64,000 nt of DNA from an uncultured delta proteobacterium. GTDB lineage: Bacteria > Desulfobacterota > Zymogenia > Zymogenales > Zymogenaceae. The DNA is taken from assembly GCA_963792965.1 (NCBI GenBank), contig CAWBYW010000004.1, forward strand, positions 32,001-96,000, read 5' to 3'. Under the pieces are notes generated by a model. It saw nothing but the letters and a program-made list of their open reading frames with translations, made no database searches and had not been told where the DNA came from. Made by a program: the position numbers and the translations under genes. This document shows positions 1 through 11,398 of this stretch, piece after piece; position 1 is the stretch's first letter; every line of letters begins with the position of its first letter.

Positions 1-2555
1 GCGAGAGTCGATCCAGGGGATCCAGGCCTACCCCGACGTAAAGAACCTTCCGAAGGCGGCTGATCTTGCCGTTATCTGCACACCCGCCAAGACCGTTCCC
101 GGTATCATCGGCCAGTGCGGCGAGATGGGGATCATGGGGATCGTCATCATATCGGCGGGTTTCCGGGAGATCGGACAGGAGGGGAAGGCGCTGGAAGAGG
201 CGGTGATCGCCGAGGCGAAAAAATTCACGGGGATGCGGATACTGGGCCCCAACTGCCTCGGCATCATCGTTCCCTCCATCAACCTGAACGCAAGCTTTGC
301 GACGGCCGGCCCCAAGGGCGGCGGCGTCGCCGTTATCTCCCAGTCCGGGGCGCTGTGTACCTCGCTTCTGGACTGGGCGCTCGAGGAGGGGATCGGCTTT
401 TCCTACTTCGTCTCGATCGGCAATATGGCCGACATCGAATTCGGCGACCTGATCGATTACTTCGGCGGCGACCCCAAGACAACCTCCATAATCCTCTATA
501 TGGAATCGGTCAACTACGTCCGGGAGTTCATGTCGGCGGCACGGGCCTTTTCCAAGACACGGCCGATCGTCGCCTTCAAGTCCGGAAGATTTGCCGAGTC
601 TGCCAAGGCCGCCAGCTCCCATACCGGAGCTATGGCCGGTGAGGACGACGTCTTTGACGCCGCCTTCCAGCGCGCCGGGATCGAGCGGGTCACCCAGATC
701 GACGACATCTTCGACTGCGCCGAGCTCCTGGGCCGGGTAAAACCTCCGTCCGGCCCGCGCCTTGCCATCGTCACCAACGCCGGCGGCCCGGGTGTCATGG
801 CGACCGACAGTTTGATCTCCCATCACGGGGCGCTGGCGGCACTCGGCGATGCGACGATCACCGCTCTCGATGGGTTCCTCCCTCCCTTCTGGTCGCACGG
901 TAACCCGGTTGACGTGTTGGGCGACGCGCCACCGCAGAGGATGGCGAGGGCGGCCGAAATCGCCATGGGCGACCCGGGAGTGGATGCGGCCCTCATAATC
1001 CTGACTCCCCAGGCAATGACCGATCCTTCCGGCACCTCGGTCGAAATCGGGGGGCTGGTCAGGAAGATCGATAAGCCGATCATCGCCGCGTGGATGGGGG
1101 GCCTTAAGGTGCGGGAGGGGATCGGGATCCTCAACCAGTTCGGCGTCCCCACCTACACGACGCCCGAGCAGGCCGTCAGCGCTTTCATGCACCTGGTCTC
1201 CTACAAGAGGAACCTCGAGATACTCTACGAGACGCCGCGAAACGTCCCGGTGCATTTCCCGATCGACCGCAAAGAGATCAGAGAGCGGATGCAGCACCTC
1301 TTTTCGGCCGGCGCTCGGATACTGTCCGAGATCGAGTCAAAAGAGCTGATAGCCGCCTACGGTATTCCGGTCACCGAGACCGTGGTCGCCGCTACCGCAG
1401 AGGAGGCGGCCGGCGCGGCGGGACAGGTCGGCTATCCCGTCGTCCTCAAGATCTTCTCACCCGACATCACCCACAAGACCGACGTCGGCGGCGTGGTGCT
1501 GGGCCTTCACACCGAGCAGGAGGTCAGGGACGGGTTCGGCTGCGATCGTCGTCCTCGGTAAAGGAGAAATTACCGCAGGCCGGATCGACGGCGTGACGGT
1601 GCAGCCGATGGTCGCGCCGGCGAATTCCGTCGAGATCATCCTCGGCGCCAAGCGCGACCTCACCTTCGGGTCGGTCATCATGGTGGGGATGGGGGGCATC
1701 ACGGCGGAGCTCTACCGGGACCGAGCGCTGGGCCTTCCCCCGCTCAACGAGAGGCTCGCCCGCCGGATGCTGGAGTCGCTGGCATCCTATCCGCTCCTCG
1801 TGGGGTACCGGGGGAGGCCGAAGGTGGACGTCGATCGGCTCATCGAGATCCTCATCCGTTTTTCGTATCTCATCGCCGATTACCCCGAGATCAAAGAGCT
1901 CGACATGAACCCGCTGCTCGTCTCGCCGGACGGTATGGTGGGGCTCGACGCCCGGGTCGTCGTCGACGATGCAGGAGCAGTCAAGGAGCGCCGATCCTTA
2001 CTATCACCTGGCCATCCGGCCGTATCCCGAGGAATACGAGCGCGCCATCACGCTGAACGATGGCACGAAGGCGCTCATGCGCCCGATTAAGCCCGAGGAC
2101 GAGCCGCTCTGGATGGAGCTACTCAATTCCTTTTCGGAAGAGACCATCCGCTTCCGGTTCTTTCACCCGATCCGCGAGATCACCCACGAGATGGCCACCC
2201 GTTACTGCTATATCGACTACGACCGGGAGATCGGTGTCGTCATCGAGATCGATGAGGGTCAAAGGAAGCGGCTCATCGGCGTGGGAAGGCTGATCCTCTA
2301 TATGGACAAGCAGGTAGGTGAATTTGCCGTGGCCGTTACCGACGCGTGGCAGAGGAAGGGGGCGGGCTCGCAGATGATCGATTTCTGCATCGAGCAATCA
2401 GGCTGCGGGGGGTAAAGCGGATCAGCACGGTGATGCTGCCGGACAACAAGGTCATCATTACAATGTTCGAGCGTCGCGGCTTCGCGATGACGAGGGAGGA
2501 GGATCTCGTGAGAGGGGAGCTGGTGTTCAAAGACGCGCAGACGACCGCCCCGTAG
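1..2555 (+). CDS. Acetate/acyl-CoA ligase (ADP-forming) family protein fused to a C-terminal GNAT acetyltransferase (Pat/YfiQ-like); 5' truncated, about 3 frameshifts
   Basis: ORFs 125-1561, 1593-2090, 1969-2415 and 2346-2555 join into one protein. Motifs: GPNCLG, SQSGA, SHTGAMAG, TNAGGPG, NPVDVLGDA, HKTDVGGV (ATP-grasp), ELDMNPL, then HLAIRPYP...RPIKPEDE...DYDRE...WQRKGAG (GNAT). The frame is open from base 2. Confidence 0.9.
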
Positions 2556-2630
2556 GTCATTACGGGTCATGAGACCGTTACTGATAGAGACGTCGGCCGT
2601 ATTCGAGTTCAATTCCTGGTGAGGTGGGCA

Positions 2631-3430
2631 ATGAAAGAGATATTTACCCAGTGGAAGTATACCAAGATGATCGTCCTGACGGCGCTCACCGCCGCGGTCT
2701 ACGCCGCGGTGATGTTTCCCTTCAAGATCGCCACGATTGTCCCGGGCTTCACGGAGATCCGCCCGGGTGTCGCCGTTCCTATTATCTTCGGCCTCTTTTT
2801 CGGGCCCGCCGGCGCATGGGGCGCGGCGATGGGAAACGTCATCGGTGATATCTTCGGCGGGATGTTTTCCATCATCTCCCCGTTCGGGTTCGTGGGGAAC
2901 TTCTTCCTTGGTTTCCTCGGCTATAAGCTCAGGGAGAAATGGGGGTGGCTCTCGGTCGGGGAGGGGATGGGCATCAAATCGCTGAAGGGGTACCTCCAGT
3001 TCTTCCTGATCGTCCTGATGTCGGCGTGCCGCCTGTGCAACGATCATCGCGTGGGGTATGGATTTTTTCAAGATCCTCCCGTTTGCCGTCTTCGCGATGA
3101 TCCTCTTGATCAATAACGTCGTCATGCCCGCCGTCATAGGGCCGTTCCTCTTCTGGCTGTTAAACCCCCGGCTGGAGCGGTGGGACCTCATCTGGACCGA
3201 CATCATGAAAGAGGAGGATCGCTCCAGGTCCCGCCTGCCTCTCCTGGGCGGCGCCCTCATGTGGGTCGGCGCGGTCGGTGGGCTCGTTACCTGTTTTCTC
3301 ATCTCGACCAATATATATCACGTCAGTATCGGAGGGGGACTTCAAGCGGGTCCCGGCTCCGGAAGTGAGGCCATTTTTTCCGCAGGACTTGATATCGCTT
3401 GTCGTGATGATCATCGGTGCAATCCTGTAG
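2631..3430 (+). CDS. ECF transporter S-component (QueT-family-like), frameshifted
   Basis: Hydrophobic protein MKEIFTQWKYTKMIVLTALTAAVYAA...TEIRPG...GPAGAWGAAMGNVIGD, directly upstream of ECF ATPase and EcfT genes. Frame breaks near 3030-3050 and 3390; stop TAG at 3428-3430. Confidence 0.75.
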
Positions 3431-3438
3431 AGCGGGGC

Positions 3439-5132
3439 ATGACGGCTACCATATCTTTTGAGAAGTTCTGTTTCAGATACCGAAAATCCGCTCTTTGGGC
3501 GTTGTCCGATATCGATCTCTCCGTCGAGAAAGGTGAGTTCCTGGGGATAGTCGGCCCGAGCGGGGCGGGAAAGTCGACACTGGCCGCCGCGATCGGCGCC
3601 TTTATCCCGCACCTCGTCAGGGGCCAGACGAAAGGCGGGCTCCTCGTGGACGGCACCGACACGGGAAACTGCTCACCCCGTGACCTTGCCGGGATCGTCG
3701 GCACGGTCTTTCAGGACTTTGAGTCTCAGATATTCTCCTCCCGGGCCGATATCGAGGTCGCCTTCGGGCCGGAAAATCTCGGTCTTCCGCGAAGCGAGAT
3801 CGTCTCCCGCGTCAAGCGCTCCCTTGCCTACGTGTCGCTCACCGAGAAGGCGACCCGGGTTCCCGCCAGCCTCTCGGGCGGCGAAAAACAGCGGCTCGTC
3901 GTCGCCTCGATCCTCTCGATGGATCCACAGCATCCTTGTCTTCGACGAGCCGGTGACGCGACCTGGACCCCGAGGGCCAGCGGGAGGTGCTTTTGCTCCT
4001 CGAGCGTCTCCTTCGTGAACGGAACAGGACCGCGCTCGTCATCGACCACGAAACGGACCACCTGAGCCGGGCCGATCGAATCGCGGTTCTCGACGGGGGG
4101 AAGATCGCAGCGGTCGGGACGCCGGGCGAGATATTTCGAGACGCGGCCCTCATACGGAAATACCGCCTCAAGCCGCAGGCCCACGTCGAGATCCTCGCCG
4201 CCCTCGGGATGAAGAACGCTCCGCTGGGCGTCCCGGAGGCGACGGCGGCGCTGAAGAAGCTCGCCTATACCCTCGACAAAGAGAGGACCCGAGAAATCGC
4301 CGGCGGTGACGCGAAGCGATCGTCCTCTTACGGCGTGCCCCTCATCGAGATGGAGCACGTGTCGTTTGCCTACGGTGAAAACAGGGTCATCTCGGATCTT
4401 TCGCTGGCCGTCCGTGAGCGGGAGTTCGTGGCGCTCGTGGGGCCCAACGGCTCCGGAAAGACCACCCTCGTCAAGCAGATCAACGGTCTGCTTGCCCCCA
4501 TGGGCGGCTCCGTGCTCCTTTCGGGAAAGCCACCAAAGGCGTTCGGAGTCCGGGGGTTGTCGGAGACGGTCGGAATCGTCCACCAAAATCCCGACCGGAT
4601 GATCTTCTCGGAGCGGGTCTTCGAAGAGGTCGCGTTCGGGCTCATTGTGCGCAACGAGAAAAAGGAGAGGATCGCACGGAAAGTCTCCGAGGTCCTCTCG
4701 GTCGTGGGGCTGGCCGACAAGGCGGACGACGACCCCTTCCTCCTCACCAAGGGTGAGCGACAGAGGCTGGCGGTGGCGGCGACGCTTGCCGTGGGTCCGA
4801 AGATCCTGATCTTAGACGAGCCGACCACCGGGCTTGATCACGGGGAGATCGTCGACATGATGAATCTGCTCGCGTCACTCAACGGGCGCGGGCATACCAT
4901 CATCTGCGTCACCCACAACATGGACGTGGTGGCCCACTACTGCTACCGGATGGTCGTGCTTTCAGGGGGCGAGATCATCGCCGATGGAACCGTTCGGGAG
5001 GTTTTCGGGAACGAGCGGGTGCTCAAGCGCGGGGATATCATCGCTCCTCCGGAGGTGCAGATGGGGCGCGCCCTCGGCTTTGTGACGCTTTCATCGTCGG
5101 AATTTATCGCATGTGCGAAAAGAGGCATATGA
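3439..5132 (+). CDS. ECF transporter duplicated ATPase (A-A' fusion), frameshifted near 3930-3990
   Basis: Two Walker A motifs (GPSGAGKST, GPNGSGKTT), signatures LSGGEKQR and LTKGERQR, and a DEPT motif. Confidence 0.9.
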
Positions 5133-5899
5133 AGGCCGTAACAAAAACGTCGGGGAATCTCGACCCGAGGACGAAATTCATCGTCCTGGTGACGAGTTTT
5201 GCCGGACTCCTTCTCGCGTGGGACATCCGGTATATCGTCTCGATCGGGCTCCTCATTGTCCTCTACGGCATCTGGGTGCGCGAGCTGTCGCAGGTCGCAC
5301 GGGTTTGGTGGATCATCGTTGCCATTACGATCTTCACGGTCGTCGTCTGGTCCCTCTATCTGAAGGGTCGGACGCCCCTCTTCTGGCTGGTGACAAAGGA
5401 ATCGCTGCTCTACGGCGTGGCCACGGCGCTGAAGCTCGACCTCATGATCTGCTCAGGCATCCTCTTTTTCGCCGGCGTCAGCCCGGACGAGATGGCGGCG
5501 GGGTTCACGCGGATGGGCATGCCCTACACGGTCGCCTTTTCCTTCTCCTACGCCATGCGGCTTTTTCCCGTCATCCTTGCCGACGCGCGGGAGATCGCCC
5601 GTATCCAGGAGAGCAGGGGGCTTGATCTCAAGAGCGGAGGAATCCTGGCCCGTTTCAGGAAGTATGTCCCGCTCCTCACCCCGATATTCCTGACCACGAT
5701 ACGCAACACCAATCACCTGGCGATGGCGCTGGAGTCACGGGGATTCGGCGTGAAACGAACCGGTGAGGGTTATCTGCTTCTCAGATTTTCGGCACGGGAC
5801 AGGACTGTGCTGGCGGGTTGTGCGCTCCTGCTTGCGCTTCTCATCGTGCTGAGGATCATGGGATACGGCGGTCTTGAGGGGGCGGTCCGGCGCTGGTGA
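5129..5899 (+). CDS. ecfT: ECF transporter T-component (CbiQ/EcfT)
   Basis: LDPRTK N-terminus, QESRG and ESRGF Arg motifs, ATGA overlap with the ATPase gene. Confidence 0.9.
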   Translation: MKAVTKTSGNLDPRTKFIVLVTSFAGLLLAWDIRYIVSIGLLIVLYGIWVRELSQVARVWWIIVAITIFTVVVWSLYLKGRTPLFWLVTKESLLYGVATALKLDLMICSGILFFAGVSPDEMAAGFTRMGMPYTVAFSFSYAMRLFPVILADAREIARIQESRGLDLKSGGILARFRKYVPLLTPIFLTTIRNTNHLAMALESRGFGVKRTGEGYLLLRFSARDRTVLAGCALLLALLIVLRIMGYGGLEGAVRRW

Positions 5900-6040
5900 G
5901 ATGCGGCCCCCCGGGGGACGAGACCTTCCAAGGCTTTCCAGGCTATACGACCGGCCACCGTGCAGCCGTTCAGGAACAAACAGACCCGCGCCGGCACATC
6001 GAAACGATGCCCGTCTTAAAAAATAATCGACCACCAACAC

Positions 6041-8338
6041 TCAGGACGGCTTTCTAAAAAGGCTCTCCACGTCGTCCTTCTTCAGCGCCGCCTCGGTCGT
6101 CGGAAGGAATACCGAGACGGTACATCCCTTGTGCTCATTGTTTTCGACGGTGATTGTGCCGCCGTTTGCCTCGATGAGCCCCCTGGCAATGGTGAGGCCG
6201 ATCCCGATGCCGGAGGGCCTGGTGGTGAAGAGCGGCTCAAAGAGCCGCTTCATGCTCTTGACGGGGATGCCGGAGCCCGTATCGGTTATGGAGATACCGA
6301 CGCCGCTTGCACTTTTTTGCGCCTTAATGGTCAGGTCGCCCCCCTCCGGCATCGACTCAATCGCGTTAGAGACGAGATTGTATATCGCATGCTCGATCTG
6401 AGGTGGATCGACGAAGACGTAGGGGATGTCGTAGGGGATATTGAGGGTCATGTTAACGTTGTCGGGTGGGAGGTTTCTGTCCAGCACCCGCGTGATAAGC
6501 TCCGAGACGACAATCTCTTCGCGCTTGGGGGGGCGTTTGTTCGAATAGAACAAGAGGTTTGCAGCCATTCGCTCCAGCCCCTTGATCTCTTCTATGACCG
6601 CCTTGTGTCGCAGGGCTTCCTGCCGGGGCTCCTTTTCTTTTTGGAAGGCCTTTGTGATGGCCGCCAGCGATCGCTTCATATCAAGGCCGACCCTCCCGGC
6701 GAGCTGCTTCTGGGCGGTGAGCTGCGACTTGGCGATTATCTGAACCTGGGCGTCTTTGAGCTCCTTGCTGAGCTGCCCCACCATCTTCTTGAGGTGTCCG
6801 GAGTGTTTCTTGAGGCTTTCTTCCTCTTTCTTTTGCTCGGTGATGTCGCTCTTGATGTTCACAAAGCCGACGATATCTCCCCGGTCGTCAAAGACCGGCG
6901 ACGACGTTATCTGGAGGTATTTCTTCTGCCTCTCGTCGAAATACGACGTGATGGCCGTCGTCTTCGTACCCTCGGCGATGGGCTGGGGACAGTGGGAACA
7001 GGGGGCCTCCAGATCGTGAAGGATCTCGTAGCAGACCTTTGAGATCAACTCCTTGGGTTGTGCCCCGAGGAGATCGGCAAAAGCCTGATTGACCTTGACC
7101 AGGCGAAATTCCCCATCGATAATAGAAATCGGGTCGACGATGGAGTCAAACGTGGTCCGCCATTCGTTGGAGGCACGCGTCAGCTTATTCTCCCACGTAA
7201 TCTGTTCGGCGATATCCTTGCCGATCGTCACGAAGCCGACGACTTCATTTTTCTCCGAGAAGACCGGGGAGGCCGTGACACGAATGGTGTCGCCGAGGCG
7301 GCTTTCGGAATATTCTATCCGTGAAGGCTTCTTGGCGCTGAGCATCTTTTTCTGCGGACAATCGGGGCAGGGATCGAGCGTACCGTAAAAGAGCTCGTGG
7401 CACGTCTTGCCGACAAGCTCCTTTGGGGCAAGTCCGAACGCATCGGCAAAGGCCTTATTCACCTTGACCAGCTTGAAATGGATATCGTTTATCGCGACGG
7501 TATCGACGATCGAATCGAAGGTGCTGCGCCACTCGTCGGATGCCCGCGTGAGCTTTGCCTCCCATTTCTTGCGCTCGGTGATATCCTGCTTCATCTCGAC
7601 GATTCCCTCGATATCGCCGTCATCGCTGAAGATTGGGTATCCGCTGATGGCCCAGACCCTCCCATCGGTGCTTACGATCTCGGCGCTCTGGGGGAGCTTA
7701 GTATCTCTGACGGTTATAATCGGGCAGTTCTCGCAGGCCTCGGTGTTGTTCATGAGGATATGGTAGCAGTGACGTCCGCGTAACTCCGTTTGGGATGTGC
7801 CGATCGACTCGGTAATGGTGTTGTTCGCCCACATCACGTTCAGGTCACGGTCCAGAAAGAGCACCATCTCCGACATGCTGTTGAGTATCGCCAGCTTCTC
7901 ATCGCTCACCCGTGTGAGCGCTTGCTGGGTTTCCTCTTTTTCCTTAAGGAGCCGGTGACGGTCGAGGGTCCGCTCAATGATGAAGGAGAGGAACTCGATG
8001 TATCTCCCCTCACCATCCTTGATGAGGTAGTCACCGAAGTATCTTTTCAGAAGCCCGGTTGCGGCCTTCTCACTGTCGGGATCGCAGATAATGAGCAGGG
8101 CGGGGGGTTGAGTGGTCGGCGCGAGTCCATCGATGAGCGGAAAACCGCCGTTTCGTGACGCAGACAGATCTATGACAACCAGGTCGTACACCGCCTCCTT
8201 CAGCAGGGCCGCGCCCTCCTTTTCGTTTTGGGCGGTGTCGACGATGAAGCCCTCGTCCGTGAGGGTCTGGCCCATGACCCAGCCGGCGGTGCCGTCACGG
8301 ACTGCCGTGAGTATGCGGATTGACTGCGAATATGTCAT
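6041..8338 (-). CDS. Receiver-3xPAS-HATPase sensor-kinase-like protein; H-box histidine apparently absent
   Basis: N-terminal REC-like domain (LVVIDL), three PAS repeats carrying C(Y/H)...CxxCP, and HATPase N/G1/F/G2 boxes (NLVSNA, DTGSGI, LFEPLFTT, GIGIGL). Confidence 0.85.
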   Translation of the reverse strand: MTYSQSIRILTAVRDGTAGWVMGQTLTDEGFIVDTAQNEKEGAALLKEAVYDLVVIDLSASRNGGFPLIDGLAPTTQPPALLIICDPDSEKAATGLLKRYFGDYLIKDGEGRYIEFLSFIIERTLDRHRLLKEKEETQQALTRVSDEKLAILNSMSEMVLFLDRDLNVMWANNTITESIGTSQTELRGRHCYHILMNNTEACENCPIITVRDTKLPQSAEIVSTDGRVWAISGYPIFSDDGDIEGIVEMKQDITERKKWEAKLTRASDEWRSTFDSIVDTVAINDIHFKLVKVNKAFADAFGLAPKELVGKTCHELFYGTLDPCPDCPQKKMLSAKKPSRIEYSESRLGDTIRVTASPVFSEKNEVVGFVTIGKDIAEQITWENKLTRASNEWRTTFDSIVDPISIIDGEFRLVKVNQAFADLLGAQPKELISKVCYEILHDLEAPCSHCPQPIAEGTKTTAITSYFDERQKKYLQITSSPVFDDRGDIVGFVNIKSDITEQKKEEESLKKHSGHLKKMVGQLSKELKDAQVQIIAKSQLTAQKQLAGRVGLDMKRSLAAITKAFQKEKEPRQEALRHKAVIEEIKGLERMAANLLFYSNKRPPKREEIVVSELITRVLDRNLPPDNVNMTLNIPYDIPYVFVDPPQIEHAIYNLVSNAIESMPEGGDLTIKAQKSASGVGISITDTGSGIPVKSMKRLFEPLFTTRPSGIGIGLTIARGLIEANGGTITVENNEHKGCTVSVFLPTTEAALKKDDVESLFRKPS

Positions 8339-8586
8339 GAGACAAGACTCAACAGGTTATATCGAACGGGATCGGTAACACAAAATGAACCAGTTTCGTT
8401 CTTACCATATCGGGCATAATAAATCAATCGGATTCTACCCTCCGCGTGATTGCTGTCATATTCAATGATAGTAATCTTTATCAGAATATGATAAGAAAAA
8501 CGCCGTTGATTATTATGGGACCATGCTGTATAGTGTCGCGCATGAAGTGAGAAATGCATCTACTGTCTATCTTTAAGGAGGAAATA

Positions 8587-9075
8587 ATGAGTATCGTAAG
8601 CTTTCTCAAGGACGCAGGTGAGGCCGTCCTGAATCAGCAGAATCCGAACGCGGGCGACGTTCAAAAACATTTGCAGGATAATCTTGGAAGCTCCGTGAAA
8701 GATATCGCCGTTGATCTGATCGGCAACATGATCAAGCTCAAGGGGAACGTCGACACCAAGGACCTGCTCGAAAAGGTGATCCTGCTGGCCGGCAACATCA
8801 AGGGAGTGGATAAGGTGGATGCAGGGGGTCTGAGCGTTGCGAGTCCCGCGGGCGGAGGACACCAGCAGCAGATAGGCACAAAGGCGGGCGGCGCCGGTAG
8901 TGCCGACAGCCAGTTCTACACCATCGTCAAGGGCGATACGCTCTCAGGAATCGCCAAGAAGTTCCTCGGAGATGGCAACAAATATAACGAAATATTTGAG
9001 GCAAACCGCGGCGTCATCAAGAACGCGGACCTGATCTACCCCGGCCAGACCATCCGCATACCGGGAAAGAAGTAG
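8587..9075 (+). CDS. BON-LysM protein (Kbp/YgaU family)
   Basis: MSIVSFLKDAGE N-terminus, LAGNIKGVDKV (BON), YTIVKGDTLSGIAK...IYPGQTIRIP (LysM); RBS AAGGAGG upstream. Confidence 0.9.
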   Translation: MSIVSFLKDAGEAVLNQQNPNAGDVQKHLQDNLGSSVKDIAVDLIGNMIKLKGNVDTKDLLEKVILLAGNIKGVDKVDAGGLSVASPAGGGHQQQIGTKAGGAGSADSQFYTIVKGDTLSGIAKKFLGDGNKYNEIFEANRGVIKNADLIYPGQTIRIPGKK

Positions 9076-9280
9076 GGAAACACGACCGGGCCGGTCTATT
9101 CGCTCATCCGAATATTCTATCAGCAAACAACGAAACGGGCGCTGCGATTCGCGGGAAGAAACGGCGGGTCGCCGCGCCCGGTTCCTCGGTGCCGCCGCCG
9201 GCGAGACTTCGTCACCGGCGGTCGCGTAATCCCTCACCCACATCCGCTCAAGAAGTCCTCTGCGGGGTTTCTCGTTCCCG

Positions 9281-10258
9281 TTATTTCCTGATGGAGGGCG
9301 CCGCGTCCGACGCGCGTGGGAGCGATATCCCGTGTCGGGCAAGGAACGTCTTAACCGCATCGAGGGACGGAATACGCTTGCTGCCGCCGAGACTCGTGCA
9401 GGTAAGCGCCGCCGCTCCCGATGCAAAGAGGGCCGTGATTCTTGCGTCCCACCCCTTGAGCAACCCGACGAGGTAGGCCCCGTGAAAGACGTCGCCGGCG
9501 CCCGTGGTGTTGACGACCTTGACCCGAAAGGCCGGGGTGTGGAAAGAGTCGTCTCGGGTCGTCGTAACGGAGCCGTCGGCTCCGAGCGTTTCGACGACGA
9601 CCCGGGGACCCATCGCGAGCACGGCGCGGGTAGCGATCGTGAGGTCCCCGATCCCGGTAAGGGCGCGCGTCCCCCCTTCACCGCAGATGAGGATGTCCGC
9701 TATTCCGACGAGCTTCCTCATGTGCGGCTTGACCGTCCCATCTCTCGGTTTTTCCAGGTCCATCACGACCTCCTTCCCCGCCTCGTGCATCCAGCGCGCG
9801 GCCGTAATCGACGCCTCGGGATAGAAACCATCGAGGTGCAACAGGCGGGCCCGCGTGATATAGTCCCGGTCAAGCTGCTCAACGGTCAGGGGATAGTCCC
9901 GCATGTGGGCGTTTCTCACGAAGACCCGCTCACCGCCGGCCGCGTGTACGTAGACAAAGGCGACCTGGTTTTCTGGTTTCTGGAGGGCGATCGCGCGGCT
10001 GATGTCGACCCCGTAGTCGGTAAGCGACCTCCTCTTGATCCGTCCAATCTCGTCGCCTCCGATCGTTCCGACGAACCCGGCCCTTACCCCGAGCATGGAT
10101 GCGGCGACGAGCGCCGTTCCCACCGGTCCGCCGCCCTGAAGACAGAAATCGTCGACCCATCCGCCGTGCGCCCAGTCGGGCATCTCGGTGAGGGTGACCA
10201 CGACGTCCACGCACCTCAGCCCGATACCGACGACGTCGAGGCGGTCCGCAGCGTTCAT
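9281..10258 (-). CDS. PfkB-family carbohydrate kinase
   Basis: GGGPVGTA motif and NTTGAGDVFHG PfkB signature. Confidence 0.9.
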   Translation of the reverse strand: MNAADRLDVVGIGLRCVDVVVTLTEMPDWAHGGWVDDFCLQGGGPVGTALVAASMLGVRAGFVGTIGGDEIGRIKRRSLTDYGVDISRAIALQKPENQVAFVYVHAAGGERVFVRNAHMRDYPLTVEQLDRDYITRARLLHLDGFYPEASITAARWMHEAGKEVVMDLEKPRDGTVKPHMRKLVGIADILICGEGGTRALTGIGDLTIATRAVLAMGPRVVVETLGADGSVTTTRDDSFHTPAFRVKVVNTTGAGDVFHGAYLVGLLKGWDARITALFASGAAALTCTSLGGSKRIPSLDAVKTFLARHGISLPRASDAAPSIRK

Positions 10259-10264
10259 CGTGTA

Positions 10265-11398
10265 TTACGAAATCTCGCCGGCGATGACGCCGTCGATAAA
10301 AGATAGTCTTTTCATCGGCAAGAGCCCGAGGAAGGACTGCGTCTGCCGGGCATCCCGAAAGCGCTTTTCCTGGCCGTAGTCGGCCATGTAGCCGTTTCCT
10401 CCCAAGAGCTGGATCCCGTCGGTGGTCACGACGCCGGCCGACTCGGTGGAGTAGATCGCCGCGGCGCGGGCGGCCGACTCCCACCCGGACGCGCCGTCTG
10501 AGAAGGCATCGGCCGCAGATTTCGTCGTCAACTCGGCGACGGTTATTCTGAGCGCCATCCGCGCCAGGATCATCCTGACCTCCGACCAGTTGATAATCTC
10601 CCTCCCTCCCTGAAACCGCTGCCGTGTGTAGGAGAGGGCCTCGTCGAACGATCCCTTCATGATCCCGAGGGCCGTGGCCGAAAGCGGTATGGACATCCGG
10701 TCGGCCACGGCTTGGAAGACGGCGACCGCCCGGCCCTCTTTTCCAACCGGCCGGGCGGGGGTATCGTGGAATGTCATGTCCACAGCGGGGCACGAGCGCA
10801 GCCCCATGCTCAGGATCGGCTCGGAGATGTCGATAGATCCGTCGGCCGTATCGACCAGGAAGAAGGAGACGTCGTCCTTGTCCTTGCCGAGGGCGGGGAG
10901 AAGCGCGTGCGGCGCGATACCGCCGAGGACGACGTATTCCGCTTTCCCCGAGAGTCGAAACGTCGCCCCCGTTTTCTTCGCAGCGAGCAACACCGGGGTC
11001 TGGCCCGGGCTCGCGAGTGAGGGGAACGCCGTCAGGGCGTCGGTGTAGCGGCCGTGCGCGGCGGGAGCTTTCTTAAGGAGGTTCTCGGCGCCGGCCTCGA
11101 CGATAATTTGCTGGGCGAGGCTTGATGAGAAGATGATTCCCGAAAGCGACGCGTCGTTCATGGAGATCTCCTCAAGAATCACGGAGAGCGCACGCATATC
11201 CCTCCCCGAGCCCCCCACCCCTTCGGGGAGGCAGATGGTGAAGAACCCCGCCTCGTGGGCCTTCTTCAAGACGTCGGAAAAAAACGGGCCGAAGGGATAG
11301 CGGTCGCGTTGTTCTCGATCCGACCTCAGCTCCTTCTTTGAAAAATCTGCCGCGAGCCTACTCAGCATCGCCAGTTCCGTTTTCGGTGTGTCGGTCAT
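10265..11398 (-). CDS. Acyl-CoA dehydrogenase family protein, possibly a non-catalytic subunit
   Basis: ACAD fold motifs: LSGKAEYV, MGLRS, RFQGG, QLLGGNGYMADYGQEKRFRDAR. Confidence 0.88.
   Translation of the reverse strand: MTDTPKTELAMLSRLAADFSKKELRSDREQRDRYPFGPFFSDVLKKAHEAGFFTICLPEGVGGSGRDMRALSVILEEISMNDASLSGIIFSSSLAQQIIVEAGAENLLKKAPAAHGRYTDALTAFPSLASPGQTPVLLAAKKTGATFRLSGKAEYVVLGGIAPHALLPALGKDKDDVSFFLVDTADGSIDISEPILSMGLRSCPAVDMTFHDTPARPVGKEGRAVAVFQAVADRMSIPLSATALGIMKGSFDEALSYTRQRFQGGREIINWSEVRMILARMALRITVAELTTKSAADAFSDGASGWESAARAAAIYSTESAGVVTTDGIQLLGGNGYMADYGQEKRFRDARQTQSFLGLLPMKRLSFIDGVIAGEIS

Noticed and set aside
3058-4065. Apparent fusion of the ECF S-component to the ATPase
   Set aside because: A hydrophobic C-terminus ending at TAG 3430 exists in another frame and an ATG follows at 3439. 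The fusion is a frameshift artefact.
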